A stretch of DNA of 64,000 nt from Candidatus Eiseniibacteriota bacterium (GCA_031431875.1 JANPEF010000061.1:43412-107411), one strand, 5' to 3'; positions 46,901 to 56,614 are shown, numbered from the stretch's first letter. A program made the numbers and translations. The notes: generated by a model from the letters alone, not told the origin.

Positions 46901-47984
46901 AGCCGGACACCCGGGTGTGCGCTTCGCCTCGAACACGGGCGGCATCGCGCTCAAGGGTGACAAGTCGGGTCCGTCGGCTCTCATGCTGGGCAACCTGTAC
47001 TCGACCGTCCTGCACTTCGCCGGCGACCTGTCCGGCGGCACGGTTCATGACGGCTTCGACTCGCAGGAAGGCGCGGACGACATCGCGCTGTACGATGGCT
47101 TCCTCGCCGGCGCGACCGGTGCGAACCGTCGTGGCCTGTGGCTGTCGGGCGACGGCATCATGGAAGACGCGGCCATCAACTCGGATAACGGTACGTTCCT
47201 GTATCCGTTCCTCACCGACGTGATGGGTTCGGACCTCCAGGCCGCGAACTACAAGGCCTACTCGGGCAGCAACGCGACGACGGTCGGCTTCCTGCCGTCG
47301 GCGGCGTGGGCGAACCCGGGCCGGGTCTATGGCATCAACCACCTGTGCACGATCCTCGCGGACGTGCTCCTGCCGGTCTCCACGGTTGATGGTGCGGCCA
47401 CCGCCGCCAACTATCAGGCGCTCGGAGCGGGTACGGAGTTCTCGTCGTCGGTCTATCGTCCGACCGGCACGACCCGCGAGTTCCGCACCCTGGTGGACGG
47501 CTTCGACCTGACCAACCTGCGTGGCGACTACGCGAACCTCGCGGCGATCGCAACCCAGTTGGGCACGGACAACGGCCGTATCGCCTGGTTCAACGATGTC
47601 GTGACGGGTCACTTCCAGATCTGCGCGCGCGTTGGCCCGGTGGTTTCGGTGGGTGATCAGCAGGGTGTGGATGCCGGCCGGTTCTCGAACATGAACCTGG
47701 GCGCCTTCCCGAACCCGGCTTTCGCCGCCAAGAACGTGACCCTCCGCTTCACGCTCGCGAAGGCGCAGAACGTCACGGTCCGCATCTACAACGTTGCGGG
47801 TCGCGAAGTCGCGAACTTCTCGAAGAACGTGGTCGAGGCGGGTCCGGTCAACATCGTGTGGGACGGCAAGCTCTCGAACGGTGCGAAGGCCACGCCTGGC
47901 GTGTACTTCTACCGTGTCGATGGCGTCGAGTTCGGTGGCGCTTCGGCCCCGAACAAGATGATCCTGCTCAGCAGCGCCGAGTAG
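43929..47984 (+). CDS. Large secreted protein (1351 aa) with C-terminal FlgD-Ig/T9SS-like domain; candidate major surface protein
   Basis: ATG after GGAGGT. Signal peptide MRKAFIAVLLLAIGATTASA. Tail AFPNP...VRIYNVAGREV...WDGK...PGVYFYRV...KMILL. Confidence 0.88.
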   Translation: MRKAFIAVLLLAIGATTASAAVESTSSDPEIVRALRGGSSAGGSAFGTANSNCVAASCDTVWVGHSNAGPGGAFLGVSIGGVWNFDDGIAGTDSTQGWRRWSMHYRSGGTRPAAARPEWALDYGNQINEGNTALWAARVGAGRKFIKTGVAGAWHSDTMVGVKTNIANGAEPSALPIAGLRSAWCGLRESGNTVAQDALTGNYLNGDLHTDQGNDPLTTLSELPGFANLWDQMLYKDFASSGSGTVAFRLATDMSNFVDTVSNGSGWFNPDPTNIANFVNNPADSFMVYVGSPNETAYDTNRRWFSEVLDLGSPHQQLFKVSGKFPFVQADTALSVPYAGITTVGGNVRVVFRVKTNRVRGDVTTGTATGFNSKAGAALLDEVSVNGGAAEGFESVGQVTARSLIADLAVGGGAWATTGKPPAVFFHIENVANLLYEDLCGAVGAPTRTCNLAGNVLVGGNQDNSNLLEIEHFQIAFSPTVDLAVRSAAPGTKNTQGIDKETAQRTSAMLEFDFYSGNMDLDESIFYRYAARAYAPATYKQPISARPVWSNANLFPFIIFNPDPFCYRDFQTLGVMGIPVGSVDSLKIGVGTHSFGWRFGGTNLGNTRGTYFDNLRLGLIRGGELPPLAQEAWNKLQDQFPWNEAITPGDNASFDTTAALMRSGLNIVAPANAVGVVAGDTMAANSPFVGDGIATGVRLDLIFRIDPGPGNYVIKGNRASALVNRDPAHPFFASYLANNGTFGTPGGHGGTWNRHVWNSARMDSAENNTYPINSRGIGNPGTPVWMGALHESDPRFVALGIDHSVCFLVDPNGTTDESNLDCSGTPPIVYGAVSGTTKEGTKIIPDGWLTPGSHVEYFLRRSTIEAPASFAMLYDTTTVFTQDPAGFTDSDADRWSSADVLPDMWKSGRYGGAGLACMLMIDGNDRRGAERAYMGAADSAGYGKNNGAKKGWKGLGAGSDPNDPAGFVAANLGQAGLNFDLYEIKASESVEAGHPGVRFASNTGGIALKGDKSGPSALMLGNLYSTVLHFAGDLSGGTVHDGFDSQEGADDIALYDGFLAGATGANRRGLWLSGDGIMEDAAINSDNGTFLYPFLTDVMGSDLQAANYKAYSGSNATTVGFLPSAAWANPGRVYGINHLCTILADVLLPVSTVDGAATAANYQALGAGTEFSSSVYRPTGTTREFRTLVDGFDLTNLRGDYANLAAIATQLGTDNGRIAWFNDVVTGHFQICARVGPVVSVGDQQGVDAGRFSNMNLGAFPNPAFAAKNVTLRFTLAKAQNVTVRIYNVAGREVANFSKNVVEAGPVNIVWDGKLSNGAKATPGVYFYRVDGVEFGGASAPNKMILLSSAE

Positions 47985-48004
47985 TTTCAGCCACACGCAG
48001 CACA

Positions 48005-48046
48005 CCCGGAGGCGGGGAGCGCAAGCTCCTCGCCTTCGGGCTTTTT
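48005..48046 (+). terminator. Intrinsic terminator
   Basis: CCCGGAGGCGGGGAGC-GCAA-GCTCCTCGCCTTCGGG followed by CTTTTT. Confidence 0.88.
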
Positions 48047-48241
48047 CGTGCCCAGGGCCGGTGCTCGGGTGTTCTTGCGCGCGCGGGTGAGGCGTGCACT
48101 GGGCCTTCGGTTCCAGGCGAGCTCGATGGGAGGCTTCGGGGGTGGGCCCTGGTTGCCCGGGAGGCCACCCCGACCCCGTCCCGAGATGCCCGGCGACCAA
48201 GGGCCAACCCCCGAAGTTTCTGCATCTTGCGAGCGGGCGGC

Positions 48242-48271
48242 TTGACACCGATTTGGGCCAATTGCTATGGT
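48242..48271 (+). promoter_or_regulatory. Putative sigma70 promoter for the lipoprotein operon
   Basis: TTGACA-N18-TATGGT with an extended -10 TGn. Confidence 0.6.
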
Positions 48272-48317
48272 CCTGTCACCGGGAAACGGATGATCAGGGT
48301 GTATCGGAGGACGCTGA

Positions 48318-50318
48318 ATGCGTTGGAGCACGGGGCTTTTTGTTGTCTTGATCGGTCTGGTCCTGGTCGTCGGAAGCGGCTGTCGTGAAATCGCCACCGA
48401 AAATGCGGATCGCAATCGGGCTCCTGAGACCTACCTCTCGGGAGCGCCGGTGGATTCCATTGCCGGTGGCGGTCTGACCCGCGTCGCGCATCGCTATCGG
48501 GCACACTGGTCGGGCGCCGATCTCGATGGTGAGGTCGTTGGATTCTACGTGGCCGTGACGGAAACCACCCTGGACGTGCAGACGGGCGTGCCGCTTCGCC
48601 TGCCGCCGCCGCGTCCGGAGGCCTACCGATTCACCACCGCACGGGACAGCCTGTTCACGTTCTCGGTGGTCGAGGGGCGTGGTTCCGATCGCCAGCACGC
48701 GCTGTACGTGTACTCGGTCGACAATCAGGGTCGGGTGGATCCGACGCCGGCCGTGACGCACTTCGTCGCGCGCGACCAGAACCTGCCGATCGTCCTCTTC
48801 ACGCTCGCCGAAGCCACCGGCCAGGTCTTCGAGTCCGACGGCGCCGGGGGCGTGCGCCCCATCCAGTTCACCCGGGCGCTCACGGACACGTTCGACGTGC
48901 CCCCCCACGCAGCGAGGGACACGATTCCCTCCGGTGCCGGCGTTCGCTTTGCCTGGCGCGGCTACGACAAGGACTTCGCCTCGTTCATCTCGGGCTACCT
49001 CTACAAGCTGACCGAGACGGAGTTCGTGCGCGTCGACTCCCTGGTCACCAGTGCCGAGTACGGCACCGGTTTCGGGCCCAATCCCGGGGTGCTGCCCATC
49101 GGCCTCAGCGGATTCCGCATCCGGGCGATCGACGAAGCCGGGGGCACCACGCAGCCCGATGCGCTGCGGCAGTTCTTCATCAACTTCAGCCCCGACACCT
49201 GGTTCGCGGGGCCGGATCCCGACGCTCTCGCCGGTCAGCTCCTGGTCGACGAACTGGGGTCCTACTTCCCGAACGACCCGGTCAACAACTGGCCGCTGGA
49301 CTTTCCGGGGAACCCTCTCGGTGCGGACACGCTCCAGACCCTGCCGGCCGAGCGCAAGGCGATGGATGGCCTGCCCGTTCCGGGCTTCCCACTGGATCGC
49401 GAGTTCCGCCCCAAGACGTTCGTCGAGGGCCGCTATCGCTTCGATCGCCAGCTTCGCTGGTACGTCCGGACCGAAGGCGACACCATTGCGTATGCCTCGC
49501 GCATCGTGGCCCGCTTCGGCGGCTTCGACCGCGACTCGCCCTACGCGGTGCTCGGCGGCACGCCGACGAATGAGTTCCCGGTCCTGCGCAGCGGGCCGCA
49601 GAACGGCTCGCCCGTGGCGTTTCGGGCGCTCGTATCGCTCGAGAAGGCCACCGGCGGCGCCGTCGCCGGCCTGGTCGCCACGCCGTTCCCGAACTTCGAC
49701 CCGCTCGACCCGCTGAAGAACGAGGCCGTTCTGTACCAGGTCGAGCGAATGGAAGGTGCCGGTCGGGGCTTCCTCCTGCCGCGTGCCGTCGACGGCGATC
49801 GCACGGTGGACAGCCGGATCAGTGACCCGATCCGGGACGAGCCGAACCTGTCGCTGGCGCTCCGCTCCAAGCTCCTGGTCTTTCCGCTCAACTTCAACCC
49901 GGGCCTGGCGGCGATCTCGCCGGCAGCCGATTCGGTCCTCGACCCGCCGACCAACCGCTTCACCCTTTCGCTGCGGGCGACGGATCCGGATCCCGATCCC
50001 CTCAATCCGCGGCCGCCGGGGTCCGACCCCGGCTTCGCCGTCATGTACCTGGCGATCCGCGCGCGCATCTACAGCGCGGACGACCCGCCCACAGCAAACC
50101 AGGGCTGGCAGGACCCGGTGTCCAACTTCTACTCGCCCGACACCGGGCCGTCGGGGGCGTTCCCGTATTCGTCGCCCATCACTCTCGAGCTGGATGTGCC
50201 GCTGACCCTTCCTCCGGGCCCGGCCATCATCGAGATCGAAGTCGTCGACAACCCGTCGCGGACCAATGGCCGCCTCGTGTTGGTGCAGGTTCCGATCTAC
50301 TGGAGGGTCGGCCCATGA
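48318..50318 (+). CDS. Lipoprotein with repeated Ig/FN3-like domains
   Basis: Lipobox GSGC. Repeats of W.G.D.DG...(F/Y).(V/I).(A/S)(V/I)D..G. Confidence 0.82.
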   Translation: MRWSTGLFVVLIGLVLVVGSGCREIATENADRNRAPETYLSGAPVDSIAGGGLTRVAHRYRAHWSGADLDGEVVGFYVAVTETTLDVQTGVPLRLPPPRPEAYRFTTARDSLFTFSVVEGRGSDRQHALYVYSVDNQGRVDPTPAVTHFVARDQNLPIVLFTLAEATGQVFESDGAGGVRPIQFTRALTDTFDVPPHAARDTIPSGAGVRFAWRGYDKDFASFISGYLYKLTETEFVRVDSLVTSAEYGTGFGPNPGVLPIGLSGFRIRAIDEAGGTTQPDALRQFFINFSPDTWFAGPDPDALAGQLLVDELGSYFPNDPVNNWPLDFPGNPLGADTLQTLPAERKAMDGLPVPGFPLDREFRPKTFVEGRYRFDRQLRWYVRTEGDTIAYASRIVARFGGFDRDSPYAVLGGTPTNEFPVLRSGPQNGSPVAFRALVSLEKATGGAVAGLVATPFPNFDPLDPLKNEAVLYQVERMEGAGRGFLLPRAVDGDRTVDSRISDPIRDEPNLSLALRSKLLVFPLNFNPGLAAISPAADSVLDPPTNRFTLSLRATDPDPDPLNPRPPGSDPGFAVMYLAIRARIYSADDPPTANQGWQDPVSNFYSPDTGPSGAFPYSSPITLELDVPLTLPPGPAIIEIEVVDNPSRTNGRLVLVQVPIYWRVGP

Positions 50319-50365
50319 CCGGGGGCGCGGCACACCAGGTTTCTGCTCGTGGGGAGAATCGCATC

Positions 50366-52894
50366 ATGACTCGTCGTTTCTGGTCCGCTGCCGCGGCCTT
50401 CACCCTGGTCCTCGCCGTTCTGGCCGCGCTTGCGGGCTGCGGCAAGTCGGGCGAGGACTTCGTCGTCGAGAACATCCGCCCCGAGGTCGACCTGTCCGCG
50501 GCCCCCGCCGCGAGTGACTCCGTCGCGTACGCGGTCCGGCTGAACTGGTTCGGATCCGACGCCGACGGGGTGGTCACCATGTTCGAGTACGCGAACGATC
50601 CCCCGGCCGACGGCGACACCGCGTGGGTGAGCACCACGGCGAGCGAGACGACGATTCTCTACCCCTCGCGCGATCCGAACGACACTCCGCTGCCGCCGGT
50701 GGGCCGGATCATTCCGTCGAGCGACTACCACACGTTCGTGGTGCGCGCGGTCGACAACGAGGGCGCCCGTTCGGCGCCCATCAGCCGGTCGTTCACCTCG
50801 TACACGGTGGCCCCATCGACGACGATCAACACGCCGCGCCCGAACAACCAGCAGGCGGTCAGCACCACTCCGTCGATCACGATCCGCTGGACGGGCAATG
50901 ATCCCGACGGCGTGCTCTCGCAGCGGCCGGTGAAGTACAAGTTCAAGATCGTCCCGGCGAGCGACATCGATCCGGCGAACCCCAACGGCGTCACGGCCGG
51001 ACGGCTCCAGGAGTACTTCGGCGCGGACGCCGTCAACTTCTTCGCCACCTGGGACTCGGTGGCCGGGGACACGCTGAGCAAGTTCTACGAGGGGCTGACG
51101 CCGCAGACGGTCTACTACTTCGCGATCGTGGCCTTCGATGAGGCGGGGGCCTACGAGCCGCGCTTCAACCTGACGTCGAACGTCCTCCAGTTCCGGCCGA
51201 CGCTCAACAAGCTCGGGCCGCGGATCACCGTGTTCAACGAGTTCTTCTCGCGCACGCAGAACACGGGCGGTATCTCGCTCGCCGAGTCGCGCATCATCAA
51301 GCTCGAGTTCCCCGCCGACGCGGCGGTGACGTTCAACTGGAGCGCGGAACCGCCGGTGGGCGCCCTCATCACGGGCTACCGCTGGTGCGTGGACATCGAG
51401 GGTCAGGACATCTCCAACGAGACGCCACGCGTGGATGACGACGACGTGAACCACTGGAGCACCTACTCGCTGAACGAGACCTCGGCCCGCGTCGGGCCGT
51501 TCTCCGCCTCGACCGACACCGCGTCGACGCACTATTTCTACCTCGAGGCACGCGACAACCTCGGGTTCGTCTCGCTGTACACGATCCGCCTCACCATTGT
51601 GAAGCCCAGCTTCGCCAATCCGTTGCTGGTCATCGACGACATGTACGGAACGGCCACCGAGCTCGCCGCTGGGCAGCCGGATGGCGGAACCATCCGCGTC
51701 GTCGGGGCGTACCCCATGGAAGCCGAGCAGGACACGTTCTACTATGCGCGCGGCGGCGTCGAGGACGACTTCCTGCGCCGCTCGGGGTCGCCCGGCGTCC
51801 TGACCGAGCCCGGCTCCTTCGCCGAGTTCGCACCGGACACGGTCGATTACCGCCACTACAACATCAACGGCATGGACCTGCAGAAGATGTCCGAGTACCG
51901 CGTCGTCACCTGGTACACGGACAACACGTCGAGCTCGCGCAACGGCGACAAGTTCGGCAGCACGCAGCCGTCGACGGCGATCCGGCAGATCAACTCGGTG
52001 AACCAGTTGAACACCCTGGCCGTCTACCTGCGGCAGGGCGGCAAGCTCTTCATGCTCGGTGAAGGGATGGTTCCTGCGATCGCCAACGGCTACTACAGCC
52101 GGATCGGGAATCCTCCCTCCCCGCCGTACAACGCGGGGGACAACCAGCGGACGGATGTCCTGTTCCCGGGCAACTTCCTGTACGACTTCGTGCACATGCG
52201 GTCGCAGCTCACGCTGGGGGGGGGCGCCAACACCTCGCTCACCACCAACTCGCAGTTGCGCGGCGCGATTCCGTTCCTCAACCGGTTCAAGGGTCCGGCG
52301 ACGAACACCAATCGCTCGCTCGATCCGCGGATCTTCGGGTACCCGGGCGGGTCACGGATCACCCCCCCCGTGCCCCCGGACACGACCCCGGACACGTTGG
52401 TGGTGCCAGCGATTGGCGCCAACCGGACGGAGCAGAAGTGGGACGACCTGCCGTTGCTGAGCCTGGGTTTGTATCGCGGCGCCAACGCGAACGTCGCGCT
52501 GCGTTCCTTCAACAGCACGTGGGCGATCACGGAGGCGCTGCAGATCACCGACAATGCGCCGAACTTCTTCCCGGTGATGGACACGCTCTACCTGTTCCAG
52601 GCGCGGTTCTACGATCCGGCCGGGACGCAGAATCCCCGCGTCGACGGCTTCCCGAACGCGGTGCACTACTACGGACCCGAGAACGGTCCGGGCAGTGAAC
52701 TGGTGTGGTTCGGCTTCCCGCTCTACATCATGGAAAAGGAGCAGGCCCGGCAGGTGGTTCGCGTCGTGATGCGGAACCTGGGCGTCGCCCCGGCCCCCAT
52801 CGCCATGCGTGGGGCGCATCCGGGGGATCGCACATCCGGCCTGCGCGTCGTCGATGGCGGCGAAACGATCGATACCCGGAGGGCTCGGCGTTGA
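50366..52894 (+). CDS. Lipoprotein with three Ig/FN3-like repeats and a C-terminal alpha/beta domain (842 aa)
   Basis: Lipobox LAGC. WFGSDADG..RAVDNEG, WTGNDPDG..VAFDEAG, FNWS..EARDNLG, then LLVIDD...YLRQGGKLFMLG. Confidence 0.82.
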   Translation: MTRRFWSAAAAFTLVLAVLAALAGCGKSGEDFVVENIRPEVDLSAAPAASDSVAYAVRLNWFGSDADGVVTMFEYANDPPADGDTAWVSTTASETTILYPSRDPNDTPLPPVGRIIPSSDYHTFVVRAVDNEGARSAPISRSFTSYTVAPSTTINTPRPNNQQAVSTTPSITIRWTGNDPDGVLSQRPVKYKFKIVPASDIDPANPNGVTAGRLQEYFGADAVNFFATWDSVAGDTLSKFYEGLTPQTVYYFAIVAFDEAGAYEPRFNLTSNVLQFRPTLNKLGPRITVFNEFFSRTQNTGGISLAESRIIKLEFPADAAVTFNWSAEPPVGALITGYRWCVDIEGQDISNETPRVDDDDVNHWSTYSLNETSARVGPFSASTDTASTHYFYLEARDNLGFVSLYTIRLTIVKPSFANPLLVIDDMYGTATELAAGQPDGGTIRVVGAYPMEAEQDTFYYARGGVEDDFLRRSGSPGVLTEPGSFAEFAPDTVDYRHYNINGMDLQKMSEYRVVTWYTDNTSSSRNGDKFGSTQPSTAIRQINSVNQLNTLAVYLRQGGKLFMLGEGMVPAIANGYYSRIGNPPSPPYNAGDNQRTDVLFPGNFLYDFVHMRSQLTLGGGANTSLTTNSQLRGAIPFLNRFKGPATNTNRSLDPRIFGYPGGSRITPPVPPDTTPDTLVVPAIGANRTEQKWDDLPLLSLGLYRGANANVALRSFNSTWAITEALQITDNAPNFFPVMDTLYLFQARFYDPAGTQNPRVDGFPNAVHYYGPENGPGSELVWFGFPLYIMEKEQARQVVRVVMRNLGVAPAPIAMRGAHPGDRTSGLRVVDGGETIDTRRARR

Positions 52895-52899
52895 CGACC

Positions 52900-53994
52900 A
52901 TGACTTCGACCCGGTCGCGCTCCGGCGCGGCCGCGGTCGCCCTGTTTGCGCTGGTCGTGGCCTGCGCCGTGTCGGGCGTCTTTGCGGCGCGTGCGGCCGA
53001 CGGTCGCGGCGAAACGGCCGGGGCATCCGCCTTCCCCGCCATCTCGTTCCGCGCGTTCCCGGGCCTCTTGTCGTCGACGGGAGCCGACAGCTCGGTGTCG
53101 CGAAAGGTCACCATCCGATGGACCCGCGACCGTGCCGCCGAGCAGCTTCCGAACTTCGGGGGCTATCGCATCTACCGCCAGTTCACGGTGCGCGACACGA
53201 CCAACATGGAGTTGCTCCGTCGTTTCGCGGTGTTCGGCCGCAGTCCGAGCGACACGCTGGCCGACGGTTCGCCGAATCCGTCGATCTACGACCGGCGGGA
53301 CACGTTGCTGTGGCATTTCCCGGACGCTCTCGACACGCTGACGTTCGTCGACCCGGATTCGGCGGGCAATCTGGTGAAGGTGTGCCGCGAGTACGACAAC
53401 CTCAATCGCTGCATCAGCCCCGGCGACTCGGTGTTCGCGCTGGTTCCGCCGGGACAGCCGCCGGGACGGCCGGACTTCCCCGCCGCGGGCCCGCCGGATG
53501 GGTTCCCCGTGTACTACACCATCACCTACGGCACGGTCGACCAGACGCGGCGCGAGGTGGCCGACATGTTCGTCGCCGACACCCTCGACGCCTACGCGCG
53601 CTGCAACGTGCCGGGCGATCCGACGTCGTGCCCGAACCTGAACAACAAGGCGCTGAACCTGATGGCGAGCCCGGTCTACGTGACGGGTGCGCCGCAAGCC
53701 AACGTCGAGTCGGTGATCGTCGTGCCCAATCCGTACCGCGGCGGCGAGCGGTGGGACGAGCCGGGCGGCGGCCGCGTGCAGTTCCAGAACCTGCCCGCGA
53801 CGGCGCGCATCCGCGTCTACACGGTGGCCGGCGACCTGGTCCGCGACCTGTCGAAGACCGACGAGACTTCCGGAAATCTCGACTGGAACCTGAAGAACGC
53901 CGACGGCCAGGACGTCGCGTCGGGCATCTACCTCTATCACGTCGAATCCGGCGAGGGGTACGTGGCCAAGGGGAACTTCGTCGTCATTCGCTGA
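52900..53994 (+). CDS. Secreted protein with T9SS-type-A-like C-terminal domain (364 aa)
   Basis: Signal peptide. FGGYRIYR FN3-like motif. Tail VIVVPNPY...FQNLP...IRVYTVAGDLVR...WNLKN..GQDVASGIYLYHV...FVVIR. Confidence 0.82.
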   Translation: MTSTRSRSGAAAVALFALVVACAVSGVFAARAADGRGETAGASAFPAISFRAFPGLLSSTGADSSVSRKVTIRWTRDRAAEQLPNFGGYRIYRQFTVRDTTNMELLRRFAVFGRSPSDTLADGSPNPSIYDRRDTLLWHFPDALDTLTFVDPDSAGNLVKVCREYDNLNRCISPGDSVFALVPPGQPPGRPDFPAAGPPDGFPVYYTITYGTVDQTRREVADMFVADTLDAYARCNVPGDPTSCPNLNNKALNLMASPVYVTGAPQANVESVIVVPNPYRGGERWDEPGGGRVQFQNLPATARIRVYTVAGDLVRDLSKTDETSGNLDWNLKNADGQDVASGIYLYHVESGEGYVAKGNFVVIR

Positions 53995-54021
53995 GCTTGC
54001 CGTGCAACCTCGTTGAACTCG

Positions 54022-54057
54022 CCGCCGCTTCCGATCTCGACCGGGAGCGGCGGTTTG
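54022..54057 (+). terminator. Terminator-like hairpin
   Basis: CCGCCGCTTCCG-N8-CGGGAGCGGCGG followed by TTTG. Confidence 0.5.
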
Positions 54058-54191
54058 CTGGTCGCGCCGGGGGTTGTCCCCCCCCGCCCAATCTGCCATG
54101 CTTGCAGCGACTTTCGGGATTTCGGAGCCCTCGCCGGGGCCCCGCGACCCCGCCCGCCCTTTCCCGTCCCGCACGTCCGGAGAACGCCCCC

Positions 54192-55541
54192 ATGCCCAAG
54201 GCGCCCCACATCAAGTCGAGGCCGCTGCCCGGCCCCAAGGCCCGCGCGTGGGTCAAGCGCGACCACGCCGCGATCTCGACGTCGTACACGCGCGCCTACC
54301 CGCTGGTGGTGAGCCACGGCAAGGGCGTCGAGTTGACCGACGTCGACGGCAACGTGTTCCTCGACATGAACGCCGGCATCGCGGTGGGGGCCACCGGCCA
54401 CGCGCACCCGGTCGTGGTCGACGCGATCCAGAAGCAGGCCGCGAAGTTCCTGCACATGTCCGGCACCGACTTCTACTACCCGCAGGAGATCGAGGTCGCC
54501 GAGCGGCTGGCCAAGGTCGTGCCCGGGAAGAAGCTCAAGCGCACGTTCCTCTCCAACTCGGGAACCGAGGCGGTCGAGTGCGCCATCAAGCTGGCGCGCT
54601 ACAAGACGGGACGCTCGCAGTTCATCGCCTTCATCGGCGCGTTCCACGGGCGCACCATGGGCTCGCTGGCGCTCACAGCGTCGAAGGCGATCCAGAAGAA
54701 GGGCTTCTCGCCGACCATGCCGGGCGTCACGCACGTGCCATACGCCGACTGCCGGCGCTGCGTGTTCAACCTCAAGTTCCCGAGCTGCAACTTCGCCTGC
54801 GTTTCGTACATCGAGGACGTCGTCTTCAAGAAGGTCGTTCCGCCCGAGGACACGGCGGCGATCGTGGTCGAGACGATCCAGGGCGAGGGCGGCTACATCA
54901 TCCCGCCGCCGGGCTACCACCAGAAGCTCGCGGCGCTGGCGAAGAAGTACGGCATCCTCATGATCTTCGACGAGGTGCAGTCGGGCATGGGGCGCACCGG
55001 CGAATGGTTCGCCATCGAGCACTGGCCGGGCGTGTCGCCGGACATCGTCACCATCGCCAAGGGCATCGCCTCCGGGCTGCCGCTGGGTGCGACGGTGGCC
55101 TCGCGCGACATCATGGACTGGCCGCCGGGATCGCACGGCAACACGTTCGGCGGCAACCCGGTCTCGTGCGTCGCCGCGCTGGCGACCATGGACCTGATCG
55201 AGAGCGAGCTGCTCGAGAACGCCCGCACCGTCGGGGCGTTCATGGCCCGCGAACTGAACGGCATCGTCGAGCGGCATGACCACGTCGGCTGGGTGAACGC
55301 GATCGGGCTCATGATCGGCATCGAGATCGTGGGCAAGCCGGGCACCAATCTCAAGGCGCCGGAGATGCGCGATGCCATCGAGCTCGAGTGCTACAAGCGC
55401 GGCGTGCTCGTCCTGGGCTGTGGCCCGTCGGCGATCCGCATGGCGCCGCCGCTGGTCGTCAGCCGCAAGCAGGCGCAGACTGCGCTCGAGATCTTCGAAG
55501 ACGCGGTCACCGCGGTCGAGCGCTCGCCGCGCGGTCGCTGA
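54192..55541 (+). CDS. Class III PLP-dependent aminotransferase (4-aminobutyrate/acetylornithine family)
   Basis: DVDGNVFLD, NSGTEAVE, FHGRT, ETIQGEGGY, DEVQSGMGRTG, IAKGIASG, TFGGNP. Confidence 0.92.
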   Translation: MPKAPHIKSRPLPGPKARAWVKRDHAAISTSYTRAYPLVVSHGKGVELTDVDGNVFLDMNAGIAVGATGHAHPVVVDAIQKQAAKFLHMSGTDFYYPQEIEVAERLAKVVPGKKLKRTFLSNSGTEAVECAIKLARYKTGRSQFIAFIGAFHGRTMGSLALTASKAIQKKGFSPTMPGVTHVPYADCRRCVFNLKFPSCNFACVSYIEDVVFKKVVPPEDTAAIVVETIQGEGGYIIPPPGYHQKLAALAKKYGILMIFDEVQSGMGRTGEWFAIEHWPGVSPDIVTIAKGIASGLPLGATVASRDIMDWPPGSHGNTFGGNPVSCVAALATMDLIESELLENARTVGAFMARELNGIVERHDHVGWVNAIGLMIGIEIVGKPGTNLKAPEMRDAIELECYKRGVLVLGCGPSAIRMAPPLVVSRKQAQTALEIFEDAVTAVERSPRGR

Positions 55542-55552
55542 GCGCCGCCCCG

Positions 55553-56614
55553 ATGCCGATCCGGGTCGAGGTCCTGCGCGGCGGCACGCTCGAGTCCGCG
55601 CATGCGGTCGACGGCGTGGTCGTCGATGTCGCCGGGCGCGTGCTTGCGGCGACCGAACGGCCCGATCGCGTCACGTTCTGGCGTTCCTCGGCCAAGCCGT
55701 TCCAGGCATTGCCGTTCGTCGAGCGGGGCCACTTCGACGCGCTGGGGCTCACGGAGCGCCACCTGGCGCTGATGTGTGCGAGCCACAACGGCGAGCCGGA
55801 GCACGTGGCGGGAGCGCGCGAGATCCTCGCCACGGTGGGGGCTACGCCCGCCGACCTCGAGTGCGGCTTCCACTTTCCCGAGGACCCCGACGCCGCCGAG
55901 CGCCTGCGCCAGGCCGATCCCGCGGAGCGCACCGCGCTCTACCACAACTGCTCCGGCAAGCACGCCGCCATGGTCGTGCTCTGCGTGCGCGAGGGCTGGC
56001 CGGTCAGCGGCTACACGCACCCCGATCATCCGCTGCAGCGGCTCATGCGCAGGACAATGGCCGAGGCCTGCGGCGTCGACGAGGCGGTCACTCCCTACGC
56101 CGTCGACGGCTGCAGCGCGTCGAACCCGGCGTTGTCGCTCCTCGCCATGGCCCGGGCGTACGCCGGGTTCGCCGCCGCCCGCTCCGACGGCGCGACGCCG
56201 CGCGAGCGCGCGCTGGCGCACATCCGCACGGCGATGGTGAACCAGCCGTTCATGGTCGCCGGCACCCGACGCTTCTGCACCGACTTCATGCGCGCGACCG
56301 GTGGCCGCCTGGTCACCAAGACCGGCGCCGAGGGCCTGCAATGCATCGGGGTTCCCGATCGCGGGCTCGGCATCGTCCTCAAGGCCGTCGACGGCGCACG
56401 GCGGGCCACCGGCCCGGCGACGGTCGGCTGGCTCGCTTCGCTCGACCTGCTCACCGCGGCCGAGGTCACCGCACTCGCGGAACACGCTTCGCCTCCCGTG
56501 CTCAATCACCGAGATGTCGTCGTGGGCGGACTCGCTGCCGGATCGTTCCCGGCGTGGCGGGTCGTGGGTCCGGCGCCGGCATCCGCCGTCCTCGAAGGAG
56601 CGCCGCGCCGATGA
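55553..56614 (+). CDS. L-asparaginase II (Rhizobium etli AnsA type)
   Basis: RSSAKPFQA, CASHNGE, NCSGKH, DGC, KTGAEG. Confidence 0.9.
   Translation: MPIRVEVLRGGTLESAHAVDGVVVDVAGRVLAATERPDRVTFWRSSAKPFQALPFVERGHFDALGLTERHLALMCASHNGEPEHVAGAREILATVGATPADLECGFHFPEDPDAAERLRQADPAERTALYHNCSGKHAAMVVLCVREGWPVSGYTHPDHPLQRLMRRTMAEACGVDEAVTPYAVDGCSASNPALSLLAMARAYAGFAAARSDGATPRERALAHIRTAMVNQPFMVAGTRRFCTDFMRATGGRLVTKTGAEGLQCIGVPDRGLGIVLKAVDGARRATGPATVGWLASLDLLTAAEVTALAEHASPPVLNHRDVVVGGLAAGSFPAWRVVGPAPASAVLEGAPRR

Noticed and set aside
42999..48248. 1749-aa minus-strand ORF, and similar long antisense ORFs (14019-16961, 20167-23154, 23446-25851, 61542-63965)
   Set aside because: They shadow well-supported genes on the opposite strand. 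High-GC codon bias suppresses stops, and the translations are Arg/Ala-rich with no motifs.
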